A DNA stretch of 64,000 bases. It comes from an uncultured virus (IMG/VR IMGVR_UViG_3300020221_001191) (lineage: Duplodnaviria > Heunggongvirae > Uroviricota > Caudoviricetes). The stretch's first letter is position 1. The number at the start of each line of letters is the position of its first letter. The stretch is taken from IMG/VR virus record IMGVR_UViG_3300020221_001191. One strand, 5' to 3'. Below the pieces are notes generated by a model, which saw only the letters and a list, made by a program, of their open reading frames with translations, made no database searches and was not told the DNA's origin. The position numbers were made by a program, and so were the translations under genes. Below are positions 9,738-20,086 of this stretch, one piece after another.

Positions 9738-12635
9738 TTGGATAATATATCGTCTTTAGTTGAACACAAAGCTCTTGAACTACTTAACTCTTATAGTGGT
9801 GCAAATAACTATATACTTTTTTTAAAACAAAAAAAAGAAAACTCAAAAAAGTTTTATCCCACAAGGGCTCAGGCTGATTACATTGTCTCTTATTTTGAAA
9901 CAACACCAAAGGTTGCAAGAAAATGGGTTGACTTAGACACTTATTTCTCTAAAAAGTTTGCTGAAGAAAAATATTTGCTAGAAATCCCAAATCAAATCTA
10001 TGTTGAAAAAGTATTAGTTGAAAAAGAAAAGTCTTATCATATTTGGGGTAAGTTTTTTGAAAAGGATCAATTATCTGAATTTTGGGTTCCTAAATCTGCA
10101 CTTATCAAAACACATAACGTTCAGAGTGTTGAAATTGATTATTCTAAGTATTCTCATCGTCCTCCTCTAAATCACCAAAAAATTGCGATTGAAAAATTGG
10201 CAGGTTCAAAAAGATTTATTTTGGCAGACGATATGGGACTTGGCAAAGCGGAATTCGTTGAAAACAGAGTATTTACCCCTAATGGTAGAAAAAAAATAGG
10301 GGATTTGATTGTTGGTGATGAAGTAATTGGTAGTGATGGTAAAAAATGTTTAGTTAGAGGTGTTTATCCTCAAGGAATTAAAGATTTATATAGAGTCACG
10401 TTTAATGACGATTCTTCTGTTTTAGTTTCTAAAGAGCATTTATTTTCTGTTAAATCAAGAAGTTTTGGTGATAATACTAAAAATAAAAGAAATAAAGAAT
10501 CTATTGTATTATCGGTTGAACAAATGTTAGACGAAAACTTAACTCTTGGGATTAATGGTTCACAGAATAATAAAAATAGGACATATAACTATAAAACATT
10601 TTTTAAAGAAAAAAATGGTAACAATAAATGGCAAATTCCTATTGTAAAACCAATAGAATTTAATCATAATAGTTTACCACTTAACCCATATTTATTAGGT
10701 CTTATTTTAGGTGATGGTGGTATAACACAAAAAGGTATTAGTTTTACAACAAAAGATGATGAAATTGTTGAGTATATTATAAATATTCTACCAAAAAATA
10801 CACAAATTATCAAAAATAATAATTCAAAGTATGGTTATAGAATAACAAAAATAAATGGACACAGAAATGAAGTTATACAAATTTTAAAAGAATTAAATTT
10901 AATGGGTTGTGGATCAGAAAATAAATTTATTCCAAACATATACAAATATTCATCAATTGAATCAAGATTAGAAATTATAAAAGGTTTGATGGATACTGAT
11001 GGAACTTGTTCAGTTAGTAAAAAAGGGTGCTTTGAAGGGACTGAATTTTCAACAACATCTGAAAAATTATGTAATGATGTTATTGAAATTGTTAATAGTT
11101 TAGGTGGTATTGCAAGAAAAAAATCACGAAAACCTTGGTATAGACATAAAGGTATCAAAAAAGAAGGTAAAAAATCTTATAGGGTAAATATTAAATTACC
11201 AAAACATATGAATCCGTTCAAACTTAGAAGAAAATTTAATTTGTATAATAACCCAAAAAAATATAAAGTTGGTAGATATATCAAAGATATTAAATATGAA
11301 GGTGTTGGTGAAGCAGTTTGTATTTCTGTTAATTCACCAGATAAATTGTATGTTACTGAAAACGCTATTGTTACACATAATACAACATCAACAATAATCG
11401 CAGCACTTGAAACTCAGGCAAAAAAAATATTAATTGTTTGTCCGGCATCATTAAAAATAAATTGGCAAAGAGAAATTGAGAACTATTCAGATCGTTCCGT
11501 TTTTATTTGTGAAGGAAAAAAGTTTTCAACCGAACATGATTTTGTAATTATCAATTACGATATATTAAAAAACTTCCACGATCCAAAAAGTAAGGAATTA
11601 ACTTTATTAGAACAATGTAATTTTGATTTGGTTATTTTGGATGAGGCACATATGATCTCGAACGCTCAAGCACAAAGAACAAAAATCATTAATAGTTTTG
11701 TTAAAAAAATTAATAGAGTATGGTTGTTAACTGGAACGCCGATGACTTCACGACCTATGAATTATTACAATCTTTTGAGTATCATCGAAAGCCCTGTTGC
11801 ACAGAATTGGATGGCATACGCCATTCGATACTGCCAAGGGTATCAGTTTAAAGCGGGAAATAGAAAAGTATGGAATGTTACAGGAGCCTCTAACTTAGAA
11901 GAGTTAAGAGATCGAACTTCTAAACAAATCCTTAGACGATTAAAAGAAGAAGTTTTAGACCTACCTGATAAAATTATTACACCTGTATACTTGAGATTAC
12001 AATCAAAAGAATATGAAAATCTAATGGGCGAATACTATGATTGGTATGATAAAAATCCTGACGAATCATCATCACTTACCGTTCAGTTTTCAAAGTTAAT
12101 GAAAGTTAGAAAAGTAATTGCCAACGAAAAAACAAGACAAACTATTGAATTTGCCGAAAACATTTTAGAACAAGGGAAAAAAGTTATTATTTTTACAAAC
12201 TTTACAGACTCACTCCAAACAATCTATCAACACTTTAGAAAACAAGCGGTTTATTTAGATGGTAGTTGTTCTAACTCAGTTCGTCAACAAGCTGTTGACC
12301 AATTTCAAACAGATGAAAAGATCAAAGTGTTTGTAGGAAATCTCAAAGCCGCAGGAGTTGGTTTGACATTAACGTCCGCTGAGGTTGTTATTATGAACGA
12401 CCTTTCATTCGTACCGGCAGAACACTCACAAGCTGAAGACAGGGCTTACCGATACGGTCAGAAATCAAATGTATTAGTTTACTATCCTATTTTTGATAAC
12501 ACAATCGAAGCGGCGATTTATGATATTTTAATTAAAAAGAAAGAAATCATAAGAACTGTAATGGGTGATCAAATACCTGAAAATGTAGGTGATGTTGCTG
12601 AAGAAATTCTTAACATGATTCTTAAGTATAAATAA
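9738..12635 (+). CDS. SNF2-family helicase/annealing helicase containing an intein (likely TTG start at 9738)
   Basis: LADDMGLGK[intein]T Walker A, DEAH, LTGTP, GVGLTLT, QAEDRAYRYGQ motifs. Confidence 0.9.
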   Translation: MDNISSLVEHKALELLNSYSGANNYILFLKQKKENSKKFYPTRAQADYIVSYFETTPKVARKWVDLDTYFSKKFAEEKYLLEIPNQIYVEKVLVEKEKSYHIWGKFFEKDQLSEFWVPKSALIKTHNVQSVEIDYSKYSHRPPLNHQKIAIEKLAGSKRFILADDMGLGKAEFVENRVFTPNGRKKIGDLIVGDEVIGSDGKKCLVRGVYPQGIKDLYRVTFNDDSSVLVSKEHLFSVKSRSFGDNTKNKRNKESIVLSVEQMLDENLTLGINGSQNNKNRTYNYKTFFKEKNGNNKWQIPIVKPIEFNHNSLPLNPYLLGLILGDGGITQKGISFTTKDDEIVEYIINILPKNTQIIKNNNSKYGYRITKINGHRNEVIQILKELNLMGCGSENKFIPNIYKYSSIESRLEIIKGLMDTDGTCSVSKKGCFEGTEFSTTSEKLCNDVIEIVNSLGGIARKKSRKPWYRHKGIKKEGKKSYRVNIKLPKHMNPFKLRRKFNLYNNPKKYKVGRYIKDIKYEGVGEAVCISVNSPDKLYVTENAIVTHNTTSTIIAALETQAKKILIVCPASLKINWQREIENYSDRSVFICEGKKFSTEHDFVIINYDILKNFHDPKSKELTLLEQCNFDLVILDEAHMISNAQAQRTKIINSFVKKINRVWLLTGTPMTSRPMNYYNLLSIIESPVAQNWMAYAIRYCQGYQFKAGNRKVWNVTGASNLEELRDRTSKQILRRLKEEVLDLPDKIITPVYLRLQSKEYENLMGEYYDWYDKNPDESSSLTVQFSKLMKVRKVIANEKTRQTIEFAENILEQGKKVIIFTNFTDSLQTIYQHFRKQAVYLDGSCSNSVRQQAVDQFQTDEKIKVFVGNLKAAGVGLTLTSAEVVIMNDLSFVPAEHSQAEDRAYRYGQKSNVLVYYPIFDNTIEAAIYDILIKKKEIIRTVMGDQIPENVGDVAEEILNMILKYK
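10248..11381 (+). mobile_element. Intein (378 aa) with LAGLIDADG homing endonuclease, Ala1 start
   Basis: Splits GK|T of P-loop; starts AEFVENRVFTPNG, ends VTHN followed by Thr; LLGLILGDGG and IIKGLMDTDG motifs. Confidence 0.92.
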
Positions 12636-12681
12636 TTAATCAAATCTGTTTTAGTTTTTTTTTACTGAATATTTATCGTAA

Positions 12682-14823
12682 ATGAAAGTCTACATTAAAT
12701 ACGAAACTCCGGAATTAAAAAAAAACAAAGATTTTGTAGAAAAATTTATCAATTTTCTACAAAAAGAGTATCCTTTGAAAACAAATTTAAAATTAATGTT
12801 TTTAAATGATAGATATGGAAAAATGTCTACAGGAAGTAGAAGGGGGGACAATTTGATTAAAGTGCTAGCCAAAGGTAGACTAAACAGAGATATCATGAGA
12901 ACTTTAGCACATGAATGGGTTCATGAATACCAAATGACAATTTTGAAAAGAAAACAAGGCCCAAATATTGGTGGAGTTAATGAAGATGAGGCAAACGCAT
13001 TTGCTGGTCAAATTGTTAAAAAATTTGAAGAATCTTATCCTGAACTAGAATCAATAATGTATGAATCGAAATCAATTACAGGAAAATTAAATCTACTTAC
13101 GGAACAAATGTTATTAACTGAAAAAAATTTAATTAAGGATAAATTTATTTTGGAAATGAAAAAAATTGGGATTGATAAACTACCATATTCTTATTCATCT
13201 CTAAAAAAATTTATTGATACAAAAACTATGGATATTCACTACAACAAACATTACAAAGGTTATGTTAATAAGTTGAATAAGTCTTTGAAAAACAAAGACG
13301 GTGACATGGAATTAGAAGAAATTATTAAATCTATAAGTAGATTCGACACTAAGGTTAGGAACAATGCTGGCGGTGCGTTTAATCATGCTTTGTTTTGGAA
13401 AATGTTATCGCCGAAAAAACAAATACCAAGAGGAGAGATATATAAACAAATAAAAAAAGATTTCGGAAATATTAAAAAAATGAAAGACGAATTCAATCAA
13501 GCAGCAAAAGATCGTTTTGGTTCTGGATGGGCTTGGTTATATCTTTCTAAAGATGGTAAATTAAAAATAATGTCTACCCCTAATCAAGATAACCCACTTA
13601 TGAATGTTGTAAAAAAAGGAGGGTTTCCACTTTTAGGCTTGGATGTTTGGGAACACGCATATTATTTAAAATACCAAAACAAAAGAGATGAATATATTAA
13701 TAATTTTTGGAATGTTGTAAATTGGGATTTTATTGAGGAGTTATATTTATCAAAAACAAAAAAAACAATCAAAGAAGATATTTTTAATAAAGGAGTCATT
13801 AACGAGATTAGTAAAACTTTTGCATTCCCATATACCACAAAAGGCTTAAGAGAACTTATACATTCTCAATATGTTGGTTGTTACAATAAACAATATAAAA
13901 ATGGTTGTCTAGGTAAAATAGAAACAAAAAAATGTACAACTGAATTAGGGGTTTTAGGTGGTGATTATTCTGAAAAAAAATTCGGAGGTACTAGTCAAAA
14001 GTCGATAATTAATAGATTCGATACTAATAGTCGTGTTAAAAAAGAAATCTATAATATATGGTTAGAAGAAACTCAAGGAGTAATCGACTTCAAAACATGG
14101 ATCAAGGATCACGCATATGATTTATTTGCGAACGATGGAATGTATTTAGATAGATTGGCAGAACCAAATATAGGAACTATTGAGATTGGTAAAGATAATG
14201 AAAGTTATGCAAAACAAATAATTAGACAAATATACAATCTTAGTCCTGATCAAGAGGGTGTATCTTATGAATTATATGAACATTGTTCTGGCGATGTTAA
14301 TGATAGAAAGAAAGGACAAGATATTGTTTTAATTATAAAAGGGGGAGATACCATATATTTCCAAGTCAAACCTTTTTTAAATAAAAACAATGAAATTGAA
14401 TATTTCGATGGTGGAGATAGAGGGTATTATTTTAAAGTTTCATCATGGCATAGACAAACAAAATATAAAGGGGAAAATGTCGATGTAATTTTATATGTAG
14501 ACAGAACCGAAAATAAATATGTAATGTTTAGAAATGACCACAATAGAATGTTAACGATAAGTAACCCGAAAACACAACCGCCTTACTTTATTTATTATTA
14601 TGAAATGCCGCTACAAAGTAATTTTGAAATTCCTATACAAAAAGAAATTTCTAAAATACCTGTCAAAAATTCAATATCTAGAGACGTTAAAAAAGAAATT
14701 GACTTTTATAAAGAAAGAATTAAATATTTTACCAACAAAATAAAAGAACTTGGGGGTGAAAATCAAGAAATAAGAAAACTAGTAGAATTATATAAAAAAA
14801 ATTTAAACAAGATAATAATATAG
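12682..14823 (+). CDS. Multidomain protein: zincin-like HEXXH domain + Mn/Fe superoxide dismutase + putative PD-(D/E)xK-like C-terminal domain
   Basis: RTLAHEWVHE...EDEANAFAG; HYNKHY, NNAGGAFNH, FGSGWAWL, NQDNP, DVWEHAYY; GQDIV...YFQVKP. Confidence 0.85.
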   Translation: MKVYIKYETPELKKNKDFVEKFINFLQKEYPLKTNLKLMFLNDRYGKMSTGSRRGDNLIKVLAKGRLNRDIMRTLAHEWVHEYQMTILKRKQGPNIGGVNEDEANAFAGQIVKKFEESYPELESIMYESKSITGKLNLLTEQMLLTEKNLIKDKFILEMKKIGIDKLPYSYSSLKKFIDTKTMDIHYNKHYKGYVNKLNKSLKNKDGDMELEEIIKSISRFDTKVRNNAGGAFNHALFWKMLSPKKQIPRGEIYKQIKKDFGNIKKMKDEFNQAAKDRFGSGWAWLYLSKDGKLKIMSTPNQDNPLMNVVKKGGFPLLGLDVWEHAYYLKYQNKRDEYINNFWNVVNWDFIEELYLSKTKKTIKEDIFNKGVINEISKTFAFPYTTKGLRELIHSQYVGCYNKQYKNGCLGKIETKKCTTELGVLGGDYSEKKFGGTSQKSIINRFDTNSRVKKEIYNIWLEETQGVIDFKTWIKDHAYDLFANDGMYLDRLAEPNIGTIEIGKDNESYAKQIIRQIYNLSPDQEGVSYELYEHCSGDVNDRKKGQDIVLIIKGGDTIYFQVKPFLNKNNEIEYFDGGDRGYYFKVSSWHRQTKYKGENVDVILYVDRTENKYVMFRNDHNRMLTISNPKTQPPYFIYYYEMPLQSNFEIPIQKEISKIPVKNSISRDVKKEIDFYKERIKYFTNKIKELGGENQEIRKLVELYKKNLNKIII

Positions 14824-14852
14824 TTCAAAGATATTTATATAAAAAATATTTT

Positions 14853-15980
14853 ATGGCAATAATCAATGAACCCGAAAGAAGTGAGTTTTATCAAAAGGTA
14901 AGACATCTTTTAGGTGCCCCATTAAGATCCGTGGAATTGGAGGACGAAATGATGGATACTTTATTAGAATATTCAATAGACGACTATTCTCAATACGTAC
15001 AAGATTGGTTAATTGAATCTCAATGGACATCATTGTATAATTTGAATCTTGACACTCAATCTTTATCAAGAGCTTTCATTACTAAAAGTTTAGATTTTGA
15101 AACAAGATACACTTTTGCCTATTCAAAAATTGTTGGGTTACAAGCTGGAGGTGATTGGGAAATTAAAAAAGATTACGTTCAGTTAGTTCCAAATCAACAA
15201 ATATATGAAATACCGGCCGGCAGAGAAATTAATGAGGTTCTTTGGTTTACACCATCTACATTGAACAATCTAATGTTTGGTTTAGGAGGATTTGCAGGAA
15301 TTGGTACTGGAACAGGTTTAGGAGGAGGGGGTGGTCTTGCCCAAATCGGTAACATGGCAGGAAGTTATTATTTAACACCCGCATTTGATACTTTGTTAAG
15401 GATGCAAGAAGTTAATATCCAAAGAAGAATTTATGCGGGTGAAAAAACTTATTATATAACGGCTTTACCAGATGGTAAAAAAGCTTTACATCTTTTGAAC
15501 ACACCAGGTGGTAAATTTGACTTTGGAAACGCTGAATTGGCGAAAGGGCAAGTATGGTATTGGTATTATGACACATCACAAGGGGATAGAGACAAATGTT
15601 TGGCAGACAATCCCGATATTGTTTTGTTGCCATCAGATGTTCCTTTTAATAAAATATCTTGGTACAAGTTAAATAATCCCGCACAAGTTTGGGTTAGAAA
15701 ATGGTTTGTGGCATATTGTAAAGAAACATTAGCAAGAGTTCGTGGAAAGTTTAGTGGTAGTTTAAAAACCCCTGACGGAGATCTTACTATGGATTACACC
15801 ACTTTAGCGACTGAAGGTAAAGATGAAAAGTTAAAACTAATCGAAGAACTGACAGGCGCAGATGGAAGACTTACAAGACTTCGTCCTGAAAAAGTTATGG
15901 AAAAAGAGGCATTATTAGCGGAAAATCTAAACAAAACTCTTAAATTTAGAGCTATGCCTCGTCAGATATATGTAATATAA
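14853..15980 (+). CDS. Neck / head-tail adaptor (T4 gp13-like)
   Basis: LLGAPLRSVEL N-terminus and CKETLARVRGKF...DG.LTMD C-terminus. Confidence 0.75.
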   Translation: MAIINEPERSEFYQKVRHLLGAPLRSVELEDEMMDTLLEYSIDDYSQYVQDWLIESQWTSLYNLNLDTQSLSRAFITKSLDFETRYTFAYSKIVGLQAGGDWEIKKDYVQLVPNQQIYEIPAGREINEVLWFTPSTLNNLMFGLGGFAGIGTGTGLGGGGGLAQIGNMAGSYYLTPAFDTLLRMQEVNIQRRIYAGEKTYYITALPDGKKALHLLNTPGGKFDFGNAELAKGQVWYWYYDTSQGDRDKCLADNPDIVLLPSDVPFNKISWYKLNNPAQVWVRKWFVAYCKETLARVRGKFSGSLKTPDGDLTMDYTTLATEGKDEKLKLIEELTGADGRLTRLRPEKVMEKEALLAENLNKTLKFRAMPRQIYVI

Positions 15981-15984
15981 TTTT

Positions 15985-16332
15985 ATGGCAATCGTAAGAA
16001 AAAAACCAATCAGAAAAACAGTTTTTAGAGGTGATAGATCATTGAATTTGGACACGTTTGACACAATAATTACGAGTGAAAATTTTTACAAAACTAATGG
16101 TGAAAACTTAATAATAGTTAAAGATGTAAATATTTGTAAAATTAAATTAGACTCTACTACAACAGATACTATAAAAATAAAAACCTTGACTAACTGTACC
16201 ATAATTCCTGACATAAATAGAATAGATGAGGAATGGGATGAAATATCAGTCGGTAAAGGAGCTTGTGTTGAGTTACAAAATGTTAACGGTGTTTGGTACA
16301 TCCTATCTTCTGACGGAGTAAAACTTGAGTAG
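15985..16332 (+). CDS. Hypothetical protein, probably structural
   Basis: 115 aa beta-rich ORF immediately after neck gene. Confidence 0.6.
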   Translation: MAIVRKKPIRKTVFRGDRSLNLDTFDTIITSENFYKTNGENLIIVKDVNICKIKLDSTTTDTIKIKTLTNCTIIPDINRIDEEWDEISVGKGACVELQNVNGVWYILSSDGVKLE

Positions 16333-19122
16333 GTCATTTTCAGGAACATAACTCAACATTGTTTTATCGGCATTTTTGTACATGTGATATGGAGTTTCAT
16401 TAACTCTATTCCAAAATGACATTTCTTCATCTGATATTTCCATTACATCTTCCAACTTGTCTTGATCACCCTCATCGAAAGGTTGCCCATTTATTAGTTC
16501 ACATTGGTCTTTAGTGAAGAAAGGTCTATCTTCAGGATTCTTTACTAATAATCCGTTTCTTACTTCTTGTTTAAATACAACAAGTAATGGTTCAACTCTT
16601 TTATTAAATGTTAAAATTGCTCTTTGGATATTGTATTGACCTTTCATTGCTGGGTTGTTTTCTAAATCCGAAGGGTCAATACGATAACAATTTAACTGAA
16701 TTATAGAATCTAAGTTATCAGGAATACTTCCACCGTAAGTATCGATATGTTCTTGTGACCAACCTTTTTTTGGTCTGTTAACTTTCTGAACATCTCCGTG
16801 CGATGCTTTTGTTGCGTTGTTTACATAAAAGATTACATCACCAAGATTAATATTAAGACCTTCTTTTATTGCAAGTTCCATATGTGCTTGACGAGACATT
16901 AAACTTCCTGCCTTTGTAGTTTGTTTACTACGAATGATATACTCGTCAATACTTTGTTTTACTTTAGCTTTGTTTGCAATATCCATAAGAGGTATTTGTA
17001 AATCAAATATTTGTTGTACATATTCATAGTACCATTCCACAAACTCTTGTCCTTTACCATCAAGAAGTAATTTGATTCCTTTATCCAAGAATTTCTCAAT
17101 ATAGATTGGCATTTTTTTAGATTTGATTGAGTTACCTGTAAGTTTGATTTTACCTTTTGCGGTCATAAGAGCGTAGTTCTTACGAGCTAAGTTTATACAT
17201 GCAGGCCATTGACCATCAGTATCAAGAGCCATCTCACCTCTCATTGCAAGATCGTTAAACTCCATTACATCAGCTTCCTCACCGAAATATTCTCCACCTT
17301 CTTTGACTTTCCAGTTCAGACCTTTACCAACATATTTTCTTTCTTCAACACCTTCAGGAACCGAAAAGTTAATACCGTCCGTGTCCATTACAAGAGGTGT
17401 ATAACCACGATCCATAAAGAAATGAATCATCATACGAAGATACTGACGACCTGTGCAAGTAATCATCTCACCTTTGTCCATATCACCCCAATGAAAAACT
17501 TGTGGAGCCGACAAGGCACCAAACATAGAGTTAATAAAAATCTTGATCGGTAATTGTTTTCGGTCATACGAAGTTGATTTCTTTTTATCGATCGTTGCAT
17601 ATTCCTCGGCCATTTGTTTGTATTTAATACGAGTATTACGGAAGTATGATAATAAACCTTTCATTGCGCCTGTTACATCACACTCGGGGAATACATCGTG
17701 TACCAACTGAATAGAAGGGTATAGAGATGAGTAGTCGAGTTTTAATACATTCTTCGAATAACCTGTTCGGATCAAACGAGAAAGTCCGCCTACGAAGTTC
17801 CCTTTGTCGTTTTTTGCAGGAATCGCAAGTGCATGTTTATAAGACCAAGCTAACATCAACATTTTCCATAATGTTGCAGTTCCCATAGTTGAAACCCTTT
17901 CATATGTTGTTGGAAGAAGTGATGCCAACAAAAAAGATCCTTGATTGAATTCTTCGTCAACCAATAGAGTTTCTTCTAAGTCATCGTCAAGATAACGCTC
18001 AATAATGTCGGCACCTGTTGTTTTAATATAAACATTCGGGTGTCTACCGCAAACTTCATCAATCTTTGAATCTATACCAACTTTTTTGTATTTACCATTT
18101 TCAATATTTAACCAATACTCCTCCTTCTTCCGATACATAGATCCAATTTTATTATGTTCAACATAAATACGATCAGGGGATTCAGCCTCAATATATTTGG
18201 TAATATACTTCAAACCTGCTTCTTTGATGTTTGAATTAATTGCTTGAGCTCTTCTAACTGAATGCAGAATATCAATAATGTTATAACCCCACATTTGAGT
18301 TTGAGTAAACTTCTCTACTTCGTTTGCAAGTTTCAACATTGACTCTTTTTGTGAAATAGATTTCTCAGGGTTAAACGATTTGGCAACTCGTTTAATATCA
18401 AGATTTAAAATTTTACATCTTTCATAAATCCAATACCAGTCAAAGTTAAATGAGTTGTATCCTGAAAGAATGGAAGGTTTTTGTTCCTCAATAATATTAA
18501 AGAACTCCGTAATACCTCTACGTTCTTCGTCTTCATTAGCACATTCAATAACTTTTTTAAATCCTTTATTTGTTTTAATTCCGATCATGAAGATACGACC
18601 ATCCTTGGGCTCAAGTGAGGTAGTTTCAAGGTCAAATACCATTCTCGTAATGTCGTTGTATTCTTCGAAACCTTTAAATAATCTTTTTTCTTTTGGGGTG
18701 AGGTATTGTTCAACGGGAGGTAATACCATTATGAGGTCTCTTACATTTTCACCCCAAGGGTCTACTCCACCTTCTCTAAAGAACTGAATGAGGTTTCTAT
18801 AACCTTTCATAGATTTTACAAGAAATGTTAAACCACGTTCTAAACGATCATTACCGTCAGTTCGTAGTTTTTCAATTATTATACCATGTTTGGTCATGGC
18901 TTCTTTTTGTAATGTCTTAGATTTCGAATAGAAGTTGAGATTTCGTAGATCACCCACCCAAGCAAAAGATACTAAAGTATCTAGTTGGATCTGTTTTCCT
19001 TTATTAGGAACTTCTTTTATTTTGAAAATCTTGTCTGTTAGATAATCGTATTCTACTGATACGATGAATTCTTCAGGATCATTACCCTGAAGAAATTGTT
19101 CTATTTCTTCTTGTGATATCAT
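16303..19122 (-). CDS. Family B DNA polymerase with 3'-5' exonuclease
   Basis: FDLETT, GYNSFNFD (exonuclease); DYSSLYPS, KIFINSMFG, DTDG, KNYA (polymerase). Confidence 0.95.
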   Translation of the reverse strand: MISQEEIEQFLQGNDPEEFIVSVEYDYLTDKIFKIKEVPNKGKQIQLDTLVSFAWVGDLRNLNFYSKSKTLQKEAMTKHGIIIEKLRTDGNDRLERGLTFLVKSMKGYRNLIQFFREGGVDPWGENVRDLIMVLPPVEQYLTPKEKRLFKGFEEYNDITRMVFDLETTSLEPKDGRIFMIGIKTNKGFKKVIECANEDEERRGITEFFNIIEEQKPSILSGYNSFNFDWYWIYERCKILNLDIKRVAKSFNPEKSISQKESMLKLANEVEKFTQTQMWGYNIIDILHSVRRAQAINSNIKEAGLKYITKYIEAESPDRIYVEHNKIGSMYRKKEEYWLNIENGKYKKVGIDSKIDEVCGRHPNVYIKTTGADIIERYLDDDLEETLLVDEEFNQGSFLLASLLPTTYERVSTMGTATLWKMLMLAWSYKHALAIPAKNDKGNFVGGLSRLIRTGYSKNVLKLDYSSLYPSIQLVHDVFPECDVTGAMKGLLSYFRNTRIKYKQMAEEYATIDKKKSTSYDRKQLPIKIFINSMFGALSAPQVFHWGDMDKGEMITCTGRQYLRMMIHFFMDRGYTPLVMDTDGINFSVPEGVEERKYVGKGLNWKVKEGGEYFGEEADVMEFNDLAMRGEMALDTDGQWPACINLARKNYALMTAKGKIKLTGNSIKSKKMPIYIEKFLDKGIKLLLDGKGQEFVEWYYEYVQQIFDLQIPLMDIANKAKVKQSIDEYIIRSKQTTKAGSLMSRQAHMELAIKEGLNINLGDVIFYVNNATKASHGDVQKVNRPKKGWSQEHIDTYGGSIPDNLDSIIQLNCYRIDPSDLENNPAMKGQYNIQRAILTFNKRVEPLLVVFKQEVRNGLLVKNPEDRPFFTKDQCELINGQPFDEGDQDKLEDVMEISDEEMSFWNRVNETPYHMYKNADKTMLSYVPENDLLKFYSVRR

Positions 19123-19124
19123 AC

Positions 19125-19182
19125 TTATTTACTTTTGGTGTATTAGCTGTCGAATAAGGTCGACATTTACCTTCGTAAATAA
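19125..19182 (-). promoter_or_regulatory. Structured 5' leader of DNA polymerase gene
   Basis: Nested stems TTATTTAC/GTAAATAA, GGT/ACC and TGTCGA/TCGACA, ending 2 nt before ATG. Confidence 0.5.
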
Positions 19183-19206
19183 ATATAGGAGTAATAATTA
19201 CTCTTA

Positions 19207-20049
19207 TCAACAGATATAAGTAGAATCTTGCATTACACCATTAAGAATTAAAAATACGTTATAACTTCCACCCTGCCACATAACAAAATAACCCGTATCT
19301 TCCGTAGAAAAACAAGTTTTGTCATTTGAATACAGAAGGTCTCCAACGATCAATTGCTGACTATTAGTATATCTGTCATAGTATCCATTTACACTATCAG
19401 TCCCTGCTTCCAAACCATTGAGGGCTAAACAGGCTAATATGGTGTTATTTCGGAAGTCACCAAAATTTGTTGTACTATAAACAAGTTGATTATAAAACTG
19501 ATGTACACAAACAGGTTGATTCGGTGTCTGTGTGGGAGTTGGGGTTAAAGTTGGTGTCGGAGTAACAGTCATGGTTGGTGTAACACTTATTTCTGGTTCA
19601 TTAGTTGGTGTGGGTGTTGGTGTTGGAAATGGGGTTGTACAACAACTATACTCTAAAGTATAACAAGGATTATAAAGGATATCAATCGAGTTAAAACTTT
19701 CAACAACATTTATATATAGATTTTCTCTAACAGGTAGCACTAAAGTTCCCGTTTCATTAATAAAAACAAATTGACCCTCATACCTACCTATTTTCGAAGT
19801 GTCTTGAGGCGTAAATTTGTAATATATATAAAACTCGGCCGAAGCATTAGGATCCATTTCTAACTTTTCTACAAAACCAGCACTTTTAGTTAAAATTTTT
19901 GGAATTCCATTTTCGGTACTCACCATTGAAAAAAAAACAGATGAGGTTTCAATAAATTTCATCATAGAATCAAAATCTTGCGTCCCGTTTTTGACAACTT
20001 GCATTTTGAGTAAAGGTAAACTTGTATTTTGTCCTATTGTGAATTCCAT
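19207..20049 (-). CDS. Putative virion protein with Pro-Thr mucin-like linker (likely start MEFTIGQN at 20049)
   Basis: N-domain paralogous to 20087..21130; TPTPTP tract; TATTTAT upstream. Confidence 0.7.
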   Translation of the reverse strand: MEFTIGQNTSLPLLKMQVVKNGTQDFDSMMKFIETSSVFFSMVSTENGIPKILTKSAGFVEKLEMDPNASAEFYIYYKFTPQDTSKIGRYEGQFVFINETGTLVLPVRENLYINVVESFNSIDILYNPCYTLEYSCCTTPFPTPTPTPTNEPEISVTPTMTVTPTPTLTPTPTQTPNQPVCVHQFYNQLVYSTTNFGDFRNNTILACLALNGLEAGTDSVNGYYDRYTNSQQLIVGDLLYSNDKTCFSTEDTGYFVMWQGGSYNVFLILNGVMQDSTYIC

Positions 20050-20086
20050 CCGAACTTTTTTAATAAATACCTTGTTTTTAATTTCA

